A stretch of DNA of 35,452 nt, from NCBI RefSeq assembly GCF_003334305.1, contig NZ_QOWS01000033.1; one strand, written 5' to 3'. This document shows positions 1 to 8,115 of the stretch, piece by piece. The DNA comes from Escherichia coli (GTDB lineage Bacteria; Pseudomonadota; Gammaproteobacteria; Enterobacterales; Enterobacteriaceae). Below the pieces are notes generated by a model. It was given only the letters and a program-made list of their open reading frames with translations. It had not been told where the DNA came from and made no database searches. The position numbers and the translations under genes are program-made. Within the stretch, counting starts at the first letter, position 1; each line of letters starts with the position of its first letter.

Positions 1-14
1 TTGGTTTAGGAGAA
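1..14. repeat. Left crossover site of the invertible tail-fibre segment; only one half-site plus the centre is visible at the window edge
   Basis: TTGGTTTAGGAGAA is the reverse complement of 1585-1598 (TTCTCCCAAACCAA) with 13/14 matches. On both copies it encodes the shared peptide (V)GLGE. Confidence 0.6.
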
Positions 15-497
15 GGCTCTGCATTACCGGTTGGGGTGCCTGTTCCGTGGCCTTCAGCCACTCCGCCAACAGGCTGGCTGAAATGCAATGGTGCGGCTTT
101 TTCTGCTGAAGAATACCCGGAACTGGCAAAGGCTTACCCGACCAATAAATTGCCTGATTTACGTGGTGAGTTTATTCGTGGCTGGGATGATGAACGTGGT
201 GTGGATAGTGGGCGAACTCTGCTTTCATCGCAAGGAGATGCTATTCGAAACATTACTGGCGGTTTTGGTCAGTTGCGCGTAAACAGCGAAATTAATGCAA
301 TTGTCGATGTTCAAAGTGTGAGTGGGGCTTTTTACGGAGGTACCTCAGTCCGGAATAACATCAATGTGTCTATGACATACGCTAATGACCGAAAAATCCG
401 ACAAGATGTTCACTTCTCGGCGGCAAATGTTGTTCCAACAGCAAATGAAAATCGTCCACGTAACATCGCCTTTAATTATATTGTGAGGGCCGCATGA
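1..497 (+). CDS. Tail fibre protein gpH, C-terminal variable (receptor-binding) part; 5' end outside window
   Basis: The frame is open from base 3 (..GLGEGSALPVGVPVPWPS..). It has a tail-collar-type motif PTGWLKCNGAAFSAEEYPELAKAY..LPDLRGEFIRGW. The stop overlaps the start of the Tfa gene (ATGATGA). Confidence 0.85.
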   Translation, partial: GLGEGSALPVGVPVPWPSATPPTGWLKCNGAAFSAEEYPELAKAYPTNKLPDLRGEFIRGWDDERGVDSGRTLLSSQGDAIRNITGGFGQLRVNSEINAIVDVQSVSGAFYGGTSVRNNINVSMTYANDRKIRQDVHFSAANVVPTANENRPRNIAFNYIVRAA

Positions 498-1102
498 TGA
501 ATAAAGCTGTATTAAATAGCAAACTCATTGCCATAAAAGCGGGAGACATTATCATTTATAATTATGATGGTGAAACGCGGGAATATATTTCTACATCAAC
601 TGAATATCTCGCTGTCGGCGTCGGTATCCCGGCATGTTCTTGTTTAGATGCTCCGGGCTCAAACAAAGCTGGTTATGCAATTTGTCGTTCTGTAGATTTA
701 AACTCATGGGAATATGTGCCAGACCATCGCGGTGAAGTTGTCTATAGTACCGAAACGGGAGATACCAAAGAAATCACAGCTCCGGGTGATTACCCTGAAA
801 ATACAACCATTATCGCCCCATTAACGCCATACGATAAATGGGATGGTGAGAAATGGGTGACCGATACTGAGGCACAGCATAGCGCCGCAGTAGACGCGGC
901 AGAAGCACAGCGTCAGTCACTGATTGATGCTGCAATGGCTTCCATCAGTCTGATTCAGCTGAAATTACAGGCCGGACGGAAGTTGATGCAGGCAGAAACA
1001 ACCCGGCTTAACGCCGTGCTGGATTACATTGACGCGGTGACGGCAACAGATACCAGCACCGCGCCTGATATTATTTGGCCTGTATTCCCTGAGACTGATT
1101 AA
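494..1102 (+). CDS. Tail fibre assembly chaperone (gpG / Tfa family)
   Basis: 202-aa ORF directly coupled to H. Typical Tfa sequence (..YNYDGETREYI..WEYVPDHRGEVVYSTETG..PLTPYDKWDGEKWVTD..). Confidence 0.9.
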   Translation: MMNKAVLNSKLIAIKAGDIIIYNYDGETREYISTSTEYLAVGVGIPACSCLDAPGSNKAGYAICRSVDLNSWEYVPDHRGEVVYSTETGDTKEITAPGDYPENTTIIAPLTPYDKWDGEKWVTDTEAQHSAAVDAAEAQRQSLIDAAMASISLIQLKLQAGRKLMQAETTRLNAVLDYIDAVTATDTSTAPDIIWPVFPETD

Positions 1103-1331
1103 CCTCAATTAGTATTGGTTCGCCTTTCTCATTAATTGTTAGCTCCATGCCCTGAGGAATTTCTGTCATAGTAAAAAACCAGTTGTCCTCCGGTAATTCA
1201 ATAGCCCCGGTCACGTCATGAAGACCGGGGATTACTTCAGTCAAAGTAACTGGATTAAACAGGCGCACAATAAACCCTCCAGGAAAAAGCATTTGATGAT
1301 GGTCTGCCGTCGTACATCTGGCAGCGGGCAT
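1071..1331 (-). CDS. Small ORF in the inverted half of the cassette; possible alternative tail-fibre chaperone (start uncertain, internal ATG at 1292)
   Basis: It occupies the position where Mu/P1/e14-type cassettes carry the second chaperone (U'). It is only 73-86 aa, has no convincing SD, and overlaps the upstream cassette ORF and the convergent end of G. Confidence 0.3.
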   Translation of the reverse strand: MPAARCTTADHHQMLFPGGFIVRLFNPVTLTEVIPGLHDVTGAIELPEDNWFFTMTEIPQGMELTINEKGEPILIEVNQSQGIQAK

Positions 1332-1599
1332 AAAAGCCGGTATTTGTTACCTGATCATCCACGATCATTGAAACATGAACATTATTAGGTGTGCTCTCGT
1401 AATCCGTTCTTATTCTTTCCGCGATACTGATAAAACGTGAAAGTTTAGGCAGTGCAATTGGGTAAACAACTTTAGCCAGTCCATTATCATTAGATCCACC
1501 GGTTCCAAATACTTCTATTGCACCGTCTGACCAGCGTATCCATGCACCATTGGCATTAGCTCCTCGCTGAATGACATATCTGGCTTCTCCCAAACCAAC
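1255..1599 (-). CDS. Silent alternative tail-fibre C-terminal cassette (Hv'), expressed only after inversion
   Basis: The minus-strand frame reads ..VGLGEARYVIQRGANANGAWIRWSDGAIEVFG..FSWRVYCAPV*. It begins at the same VGLGE joint as the expressed copy. The GxW..W.DG..(Q/V)xG...F.W pattern is typical of phage fibre tip domains. The ATG at 1638 lies outside the invertible segment and is probably not used. Confidence 0.7.
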   Translation of the reverse strand, partial: VGLGEARYVIQRGANANGAWIRWSDGAIEVFGTGGSNDNGLAKVVYPIALPKLSRFISIAERIRTDYESTPNNVHVSMIVDDQVTNTGFYARCQMYDGRPSSNAFSWRVYCAPV

Positions 1600-1610
1600 G
1601 TTTAAGAAAA
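1585..1610. repeat. Right crossover site (gix/hix/cix/pix-like 26-bp site)
   Basis: TTCTCCCAAACCAACGTTTAAGAAAA has two imperfect 12-bp half-sites around a central AA. About 19/26 bases match the hix-type sequence TTCTTGAAAACCAAGGTTTTTGATAA as I recall it. It is inverted relative to bases 1-14 and sits just upstream of the invertase gene. Confidence 0.7.
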
Positions 1611-1665
1611 TGCAGAGGTAACAGCTAACTGGCATCATCTCCGGTTTTTATTCAGGGGGATGATC

Positions 1666-2232
1666 ATGCTTATTGGCTATGTACGCGTGTCAACAAATGA
1701 CCAGAACACCGATTTGCAACGTAATGCACTGAACTGCGCGGGATGTGAGCAGATTTTTGAGGACAAAATCAGTGGCACTAAGTCCGACAGACCGGGGCTG
1801 AAAAAACTACTCAGGACACTATCGGCAGGAGACACGCTGGTTGTCTGGAAGCTGGACAGGTTGGGGCGCAGTATGCGGCATCTTGTTACGCTGATAGAAG
1901 AGTTGCGCCAGCGTGGTGTGAATTTCAGAAGCCTGACTGACAGTATTGATACCAGTACCCCAATGGGTCGTTTCTTTTTTCATGTCATGGGTGCCCTGGC
2001 TGAAATGGAACGCGAACTGATAGTTGAACGTACCAGGGCAGGGCTGGCTGCAGCTCGTGCCAAAGGCAGAGTAGGTGGACGCCGTCCTAAGTTGACCACC
2101 GAACAGTGGGCACAGATTGGGCGTTTACTCGAGGCCGGAGAATCAAGACAGCGTATTGCACTGATTTTTGATGTAGGCGTTTCTACCATTTATAGAAAAT
2201 TTCCGGCAAATAAGATCAATGAATCCCCCTGA
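1666..2232 (+). CDS. Serine DNA invertase, Pin/Gin/Cin/Hin family
   Basis: MLIGYVRVSTNDQNTDLQRNAL..GDTLVVWKLDRLGRSM..MGRFFFHVMGALAEMERELIVERT..GGRRPKL..STIYRKF is near-identical in pattern to Pin/Gin. The ORF track starts 2 codons earlier (1660), but family members start MLIGY. Confidence 0.95.
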   Translation: MLIGYVRVSTNDQNTDLQRNALNCAGCEQIFEDKISGTKSDRPGLKKLLRTLSAGDTLVVWKLDRLGRSMRHLVTLIEELRQRGVNFRSLTDSIDTSTPMGRFFFHVMGALAEMERELIVERTRAGLAAARAKGRVGGRRPKLTTEQWAQIGRLLEAGESRQRIALIFDVGVSTIYRKFPANKINESP

Positions 2233-2280
2233 ATCAGCATTATGTTGATTATCCCTGCAAGCAGACAAATACCGTTATTT

Positions 2281-2298
2281 TGTGTGAATAACGACACA
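2281..2298 (+). promoter_or_regulatory. Candidate Ogr-dependent late promoter element (TGT-N12-ACA dyad) for the FI-FII-E-T-U-D operon
   Basis: TGTGTGAATAACGACACA fits the TGT-N12-ACA dyad described for P2/186/P4 late promoters. It lies 77-94 nt upstream of the FI ATG. Confidence 0.5.
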
Positions 2299-2374
2299 AC
2301 TGCGCTTAGCTGTTTGTCAGGCACAATCACTTCAACATAGGGCGAAGCCTAATCCAATCAGGAGGTTCGCCACT

Positions 2375-3547
2375 ATGGCTCAGGATTACCACCACGGGGT
2401 GCGCGTTGTTGAAGTCAACGAAGGCACCCGATCTATTACCACGGTGAGCACCGCCATCGTGGGTATGGTCTGCACGGGCGATGATGCCGATGCAAAAATG
2501 TTTCCTCTTAATAAACCCGTGCTGATCACTGATGTGCTGACTGCCAGCGGTAAAGCGGGTGAGTCAGGTACTCTGGCCCGTTCGCTGGATGCCATCGCTG
2601 ACCAGGCAAAACCCGTGACCATTGTTGTGCGTGTGCCGCAGGGTGAAACGGAAGACGAAACCACGACCAATATCATCGGCGCAGTGACTGCTGAAGGTAA
2701 AAAAACAGGTATGAAAGCCCTGTTATCTGCCCAGTCACAGCTCGGCGTTAAACCGCGCATTCTCGGCGTGCCAGGCCACGACACCAAGGCGGTAGCTACT
2801 GAGTTGCTGAGCGTGGCGCAAAGCCTGCGTGGATTTGCTTACCTGTCAGCGTATGGCTGCAAGACAGTGCAGGAGGCGATCACTTACCGCGAAAACTTCA
2901 GCCAGCGCGAAGGGATGCTGATCTGGCCTGACTTTACTGGCTGGGACACGGTGCTGAATGCCGAAGCAACGGCATATGCCACCGCCCGTGCGCTTGGTCT
3001 GCGCGCCAAAATTGACGAGCAGACCGGATGGCACAAAAGCCTGTCCAACGTGGGCGTGAACGGTGTCACCGGAATTTCTGCAGATGTGTTCTGGGATCTG
3101 CAGGACCCGGCAACCGATGCAGGTCTGCTGAACCAGAACGACGTCACCACGCTTGTGCGTAAAGACGGTTTCCGCTTCTGGGGTTCCCGCTGCCTGAGTG
3201 ATGACCCGCTCTTTGCCTTCGAAAACTACACCCGCACGGCGCAGGTGCTGATGGACACGATGGCAGAAGCACACATGTGGGCGGTGGATAAACCGCTTAA
3301 CCCGTCGCTGGCCCGCGACATTATCGAAGGTATCCGCGCCAAAATGCGCAGCCTGGTCAGTCAGGGCTATCTCATTGGTGGTGATTGCTGGCTGGATGAG
3401 TCGGTGAACGACAAAGACACGCTGAAAGCCGGAAAACTCACCATCGACTACGACTACACGCCAGTGCCGCCACTTGAAAACCTGATGCTGCGTCAGCGCA
3501 TCACCGATCAGTACCTGGTGAATTTCGCCAGCCAGGTCAGCGCGTAA
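2375..3547 (+). CDS. Contractile tail sheath protein (gpFI)
   Basis: 390-aa ORF preceded by AGGAGG. The sequence [13 protein letters not shown].. is the characteristic P2 FI-type N-terminus, and the position in the operon fits. Confidence 0.95.
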   Translation: MAQDYHHGVRVVEVNEGTRSITTVSTAIVGMVCTGDDADAKMFPLNKPVLITDVLTASGKAGESGTLARSLDAIADQAKPVTIVVRVPQGETEDETTTNIIGAVTAEGKKTGMKALLSAQSQLGVKPRILGVPGHDTKAVATELLSVAQSLRGFAYLSAYGCKTVQEAITYRENFSQREGMLIWPDFTGWDTVLNAEATAYATARALGLRAKIDEQTGWHKSLSNVGVNGVTGISADVFWDLQDPATDAGLLNQNDVTTLVRKDGFRFWGSRCLSDDPLFAFENYTRTAQVLMDTMAEAHMWAVDKPLNPSLARDIIEGIRAKMRSLVSQGYLIGGDCWLDESVNDKDTLKAGKLTIDYDYTPVPPLENLMLRQRITDQYLVNFASQVSA

Positions 3548-3556
3548 GGGGACAAC

Positions 3557-4072
3557 ATGGCATTACCACGCAAATTAAAACACCTGAACCTGTTTAACGA
3601 CGGGAACAACTGGCAGGGGATCGTTGAGTCGCTGACGCTGCCGAAATTTACCCGCAAATATGAGAAGTATCGCGGCGGCGGAATGCCGGGTGCGGTGGAT
3701 GTGGATCTGGGGCTTGATGACAGTGCGCTGGACACAGAATTTTCCATTGGTGGTACTGAATTGCTGCTGTTTAAACAGATGGGTAAAGCCACGGTGGATG
3801 GCATCCAGCTGCGCTTTACCGGCTCTATTCAGCGTGACGATACCGGGGAAGTGCAGGCCGTGGAGCTTGTCGTGCGTGGACGTCACAAAGAAGTGGATTC
3901 CGGCGAGTGGAAGACGGGCGAAAGCAACACCACCAAAGTGACCAGTACCAACAGCTACGCGAAGCTGACCATCAATGGTGAGGTGCTCTATGAAGTGGAC
4001 CTTATCAACATGGTGGAAATTGTGGACGGTGTGGACCTGATGGAAGCGCACCGCAACGCCCTCGGCCTCTGA
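3557..4072 (+). CDS. Tail tube protein (gpFII)
   Basis: 171-aa ORF 10 nt after FI. MALPRKLKHLNLFNDGNNWQG.. is a P2 FII-type sequence. Confidence 0.95.
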   Translation: MALPRKLKHLNLFNDGNNWQGIVESLTLPKFTRKYEKYRGGGMPGAVDVDLGLDDSALDTEFSIGGTELLLFKQMGKATVDGIQLRFTGSIQRDDTGEVQAVELVVRGRHKEVDSGEWKTGESNTTKVTSTNSYAKLTINGEVLYEVDLINMVEIVDGVDLMEAHRNALGL

Positions 4073-4126
4073 TATATCTGAACGGCGCGGGATACCGCGC
4101 CAGAACCCAATTGACAGGACAGCAAA

Positions 4127-4429
4127 ATGAGCGATAAGCAGACTGAAAAGACCATTCAACTGGATACCCCCATCAAGCGCGGTAAAACAGAAATCACCGA
4201 AATTGTGCTGCGTAAACCGCAGTCCGGTGCGCTACGCGGTACACGCCTGCAGGCCATTATGGATATGGATGTAAACGCGATGATGACCGTGATCCCCCGC
4301 ATCTCCAGTCCGGCACTGACTGCACAGGAAATTGCAGAGATGGACCCGGCAGATCTCACTGCCATGTCGGTTGAGGTTGTCACTTTTTTGTTGAAGAAGT
4401 CGGTGCTTGCCGGTTTACCGACAGCCTGA
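4127..4429 (+). CDS. Tail assembly chaperone gpE
   Basis: 100-aa ORF between the tube and tape-measure genes. It contains the slippery site near its 3' end. Confidence 0.9.
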   Translation: MSDKQTEKTIQLDTPIKRGKTEITEIVLRKPQSGALRGTRLQAIMDMDVNAMMTVIPRISSPALTAQEIAEMDPADLTAMSVEVVTFLLKKSVLAGLPTA

Positions 4430-4563
4430 CGGTTGACGATCTGGTGGCAGATATCGCCACCATTTTTCACTGGCCGCCATCCGTTACTGACGTTATGCCG
4501 CTGACCGAAGTGCTGGAATGGCGGTATAAAGCGATTCAGAGAAGCGGGGCCAACGATGAGTGA
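4127..4563 (+). CDS. gpE+E' frameshift-extended tail chaperone (join 4127..4389, 4389..4563)
   Basis: Hand translation of the -1 frame after the heptamer gives VEEVGACRFTDSLTVDDLVADIATIFHWPPSVTDVMPLTEVLEWRYKAIQRSGANDE*. The TGA at 4561-4563 overlaps the T start. Confidence 0.8.
4384..4390 (+). other. -1 programmed frameshift slippery heptamer T TTT TTG
   Basis: TTTTTTG sits in the frame T.TTT.TTG of gpE, the same heptamer reported for P2 E/E+E'. The -1 frame stays open to 4563. Confidence 0.8.
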
Positions 4564-7500
4564 TAACAACCTGCGTCTGCAGGTCATTCTTAATGCGGTT
4601 GACAAGCTCACCCGCCCATTTCGATCTGCGCAGGCCAGTTCAAGAGAACTGGCTGCTGCTGTCAAAAAATCCCGCGATGCAATAAAGCAGCTTGATCAGG
4701 CCGGGAGCAGTCTGGACAGCTTCCGAAAGCTGCAGGCAGAAAATCAGAAATTAGGCGACAGGCTGAACTATGCCCGCCAGCGTGCAAATTTGCTCAGTCA
4801 GGAACTGGGAGCGATGGGGCCGCCTTCGCAACGTCAGGTTGTTGCTCTGGGCCGTCAACGGCTGGCTGTTCAGCGCCTGGAAGAACGCCAGAAAAAGCTG
4901 CAGCAGCAGACGGCGCTTGTGCGTGCTGAACTGTACCGGGCGGGAATTTCTGCGAAAGACGATGCGGGAGCAACTGCCCGTTTAGCCCGTGAAACATCAC
5001 GTTATAACCAGGAACTTTCGAAACAGGAGGCGCGGCTGAAGCGACTGGGGGAAGCTCAGCGCAGGATGAATGCAGCGCGTGCCAGTTATGCCCGTTCGCT
5101 GGAGGTGCGTGATCGTATTGCAGGTGCCGGAGCCACCACCACGGCTGCAGGGCTGGCAATGGGTGCGCCAGTGATGGCGGCAGTAAAAAGCTATACCAGC
5201 ATGGAAGATGCCATGAAAGGTGTGGCAAAGCAGGTCAATGGTCTGCGTGACGATAATGGCAACCGCACTGCACGTTTTTATGAAATGCAGGATGCCATCA
5301 AGGCTGCCAGCGAACAGTTGCCGATGGAAAACGGTGCGGTGGACTTCGCTGCACTGGTTGAAGGTGGTGCGCGCATGAACGTCGCAAACCCTGACGACAG
5401 CTGGGAAGATCAGAAACGTGACCTGCTGGCCTTCGCCAGTACGGCAGCAAAGGCGGCAACAGCCTTTGAGCTGCCAGCGGATGAACTGTCAGAAAGTCTG
5501 GGGAAAATCGCCCAGCTCTACAAAATCCCCACCCGCAATATTGAACAGCTCGGTGATGCGCTGAACTATCTGGATGATAACGCCATGTCGAAAGGGGCAG
5601 ACATCATTGATGTGATGCAACGTCTGGGCGGTGTGGCTGACCGTCTGGATTATCGTAAAGCGGCGGCGCTGGGTTCCACCTTCCTGACACTGGGCGCTGC
5701 GCCGGAGGTTGCAGCCAGTGCAGCAAACGCGATGGTGCGTGAATTGTCCATTGCCACCATGCAAAGCAAGAGTTTCTTTGAAGGGATGAATCTGCTGAAA
5801 CTCAATCCTGAAGTGATTGAAAAGCAGATGACGAAGGATGCGATGGGAACCATCCAGCGCGTGCTGGAGAAGGTAAACGCGCTGCCGCAGGACAAGCGCC
5901 TGTCTGCCATGACTATGTTGTTTGGTAAAGAGTTTGGCGATGACGCGGCGAAACTGGCAAACAACCTGCCGGAACTGCAGCGTCAGTTAAAACTGACAGC
6001 GGGCAATGATGCGCTTGGCTCCATGCAGAAAGAATCCGACATTAACAAGGATTCACTTTCTGCGCAGTGGTTGCTGGTCAAAACCGGAGCGCAGAACACC
6101 TTCAGCAGCCTGGGCGAAACGCTGCGCCAGCCGCTGATGGATATTCTGTACACGGTGAAAAGCGTCACGGGGGCGTTGCGTCGCTGGGTGGAAGCTAACC
6201 CGGAACTGACAGGCACACTGATGAAAGCATCGGCTGTTGTGGCTGCGGTTACCGTCGGCCTCGGCACCTTAGCGGTGGCGCTGGCTGCAGTGCTGGGGCC
6301 GCTGGCAGTGATCCGTCTGGGATTCTCTGTGTTGGGTATCAAAACGTTATCTTCCGTTACGGCAGCAGTAACTCGAACCAGCAGCGCGTTGTCCTGGCTG
6401 GCTGGCGCACCACTGGCACTGCTGCGACGCGGGCTTGCTTCATCGGGCAACGCCGCAGGTTTACTTACTGCGCCGTTGTCGTCTTTGCGCCGCACGGCAT
6501 CACTGACGGGAAATGTCCTGAAAACTGTAGCAGGTGCGCCGGTTGCACTTTTGCGGTCTGGATTATCCGGTTTACGTGCGGTTGCTGTGATGTTTATGAA
6601 TCCACTGGCAGCACTACGCGGCGGGCTGGCTGCCGCAGGCACGGTGCTGCGAGTACTGGCATCTGGTCCACTGGCGATGTTGCGCGTTGCCCTGTATGCC
6701 GTATCTGGTCTGTTAGGTGCTCTGCTCAGTCCGATAGGTCTTGTGGTTACTGCACTGGCGGGTGTGGCACTGGTTGTCTGGAAATACTGGCAACCCATCA
6801 CCGCATTTCTCGGTGGCGTGGTGGAAGGATTCAAAGCGGCGGCAGGTCCCATCAGTGCAGCGTTCGAACCGCTTAAGCCTGTGTTCCAGTGGATTGGTGA
6901 CAAAGTGCAGGCGCTGTGGGGCTGGTTTACTGATCTGCTGACGCCCGTTAAGTCGACTTCTGCCGAACTGCAGAGCGCAGCGGCAATGGGGCGACGATTC
7001 GGGGAGGCACTGGCGGAAGGGCTGAATATGGTCATGCATCCGCTGGACTCCCTGAAATCCGGCGTTTCCTGGTTGCTGGAGAAGCTCGGCATTATCAGTA
7101 AAGAGGCCGCAAAGGCAAAACTGCCGGAAAGCGTGACGCGTCAGCAACCTGCGACGGTGAATGCAGACGGTAAAGTGATGATGCCATCGGGTGGTTTTCC
7201 GTCATGGGGATATGGCTTTGCGGGGATGTATGACAGCGGCGGCTATATCCCGCGCGGGCAGTTTGGCATCGTCGGTGAAAACGGGCCGGAAATTGTTAAC
7301 GGCCCGGCAAATGTGACCAGCCGGAGAAATACAGCTGCACTGGCTGCCGTTGTTGCCGGAATGATGGGCGTTGCTGCCGCGCCTGCAGAGCTTCCACCGT
7401 TGCACCCTTTGGCACTTCCCGCGAAAGGCGGCGAAGCGATGGTGAGTCGTGCAGCCACTGTGCCGCCCGTTCAACGGATTGAGGCACCGATGCAGATCAT

Positions 7501-7633
7501 CATTCAGACGCAGCCAGGACAAAGTGCGCAGGATATTGCGCGGGAGGTGGCCCGCCAGCTTGATGAACGTGAACGCAGGCTGAAGGCAAAAGCCAGGAGT
7601 AACTACAGCGATCAGGGGGGATACGACGCATGA
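4556..7633 (+). CDS. Tail tape measure protein (gpT)
   Basis: 1025-aa ORF with a coiled-coil N-terminus and a central hydrophobic repeat block. Its position after E/E' fits. Confidence 0.95.
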   Translation: MSDNNLRLQVILNAVDKLTRPFRSAQASSRELAAAVKKSRDAIKQLDQAGSSLDSFRKLQAENQKLGDRLNYARQRANLLSQELGAMGPPSQRQVVALGRQRLAVQRLEERQKKLQQQTALVRAELYRAGISAKDDAGATARLARETSRYNQELSKQEARLKRLGEAQRRMNAARASYARSLEVRDRIAGAGATTTAAGLAMGAPVMAAVKSYTSMEDAMKGVAKQVNGLRDDNGNRTARFYEMQDAIKAASEQLPMENGAVDFAALVEGGARMNVANPDDSWEDQKRDLLAFASTAAKAATAFELPADELSESLGKIAQLYKIPTRNIEQLGDALNYLDDNAMSKGADIIDVMQRLGGVADRLDYRKAAALGSTFLTLGAAPEVAASAANAMVRELSIATMQSKSFFEGMNLLKLNPEVIEKQMTKDAMGTIQRVLEKVNALPQDKRLSAMTMLFGKEFGDDAAKLANNLPELQRQLKLTAGNDALGSMQKESDINKDSLSAQWLLVKTGAQNTFSSLGETLRQPLMDILYTVKSVTGALRRWVEANPELTGTLMKASAVVAAVTVGLGTLAVALAAVLGPLAVIRLGFSVLGIKTLSSVTAAVTRTSSALSWLAGAPLALLRRGLASSGNAAGLLTAPLSSLRRTASLTGNVLKTVAGAPVALLRSGLSGLRAVAVMFMNPLAALRGGLAAAGTVLRVLASGPLAMLRVALYAVSGLLGALLSPIGLVVTALAGVALVVWKYWQPITAFLGGVVEGFKAAAGPISAAFEPLKPVFQWIGDKVQALWGWFTDLLTPVKSTSAELQSAAAMGRRFGEALAEGLNMVMHPLDSLKSGVSWLLEKLGIISKEAAKAKLPESVTRQQPATVNADGKVMMPSGGFPSWGYGFAGMYDSGGYIPRGQFGIVGENGPEIVNGPANVTSRRNTAALAAVVAGMMGVAAAPAELPPLHPLALPAKGGEAMVSRAATVPPVQRIEAPMQIIIQTQPGQSAQDIAREVARQLDERERRLKAKARSNYSDQGGYDA

Positions 7634-8115
7634 TGATGGTGCTGGGATTGTACGTGTTTATGCTGCGCACCGTGCCGTATCAGGAGCTGCAGTATCAACG
7701 CAGCTGGCGACATGCGGCAAACAGCCGGGTAAACCGACGTCCGTCCACGCAGTTTCTGGGACCGGACAACGACATGCTGACGCTTTCCGGTGTTCTTATG
7801 CCGGAGATAACAGGTGGCAGGCTGTCGTTGCTGGCACTGGAGCAGATGGCAGAACAGGGGAAAGCATGGCCCCTGATTGAAGGCAGCGGCACGATTTATG
7901 GCATGTATGTGATTGAGGGACTGAATCAGACTAAAACGGAGTTTTTCCGCGACGGTATGCCGCGCCGGATTGAGTTCACCCTGTCGCTCAAACGGGTGGA
8001 TGAATCCCTGTCCGATATGTTCGGTGATCTCAGTGCGCAACTGAATAATCTGCAGGAAACGGCAACGTCTGCCTTAAGCGATATCAGTAAAACGGTGGGA
8101 GGGCTGCTGTCGTGA
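7630..8115 (+). CDS. Tail protein gpU
   Basis: 161 aa, ATGA overlap with T. MMMVLGLYVFMLRTVPYQELQ.. is a P2 gpU-type sequence. Confidence 0.9.
   Translation: MMMVLGLYVFMLRTVPYQELQYQRSWRHAANSRVNRRPSTQFLGPDNDMLTLSGVLMPEITGGRLSLLALEQMAEQGKAWPLIEGSGTIYGMYVIEGLNQTKTEFFRDGMPRRIEFTLSLKRVDESLSDMFGDLSAQLNNLQETATSALSDISKTVGGLLS

Noticed and set aside
5983-7092. 369-aa minus-strand ORF (plus 6713-7147 and others) antisense to the tape measure gene
   Set aside because: It is a shadow ORF in a GC-rich, Ala/Leu/Gly-rich gene. Its composition is low-complexity Ser/Ala/Pro/Arg, and it has no RBS and no recognisable family.
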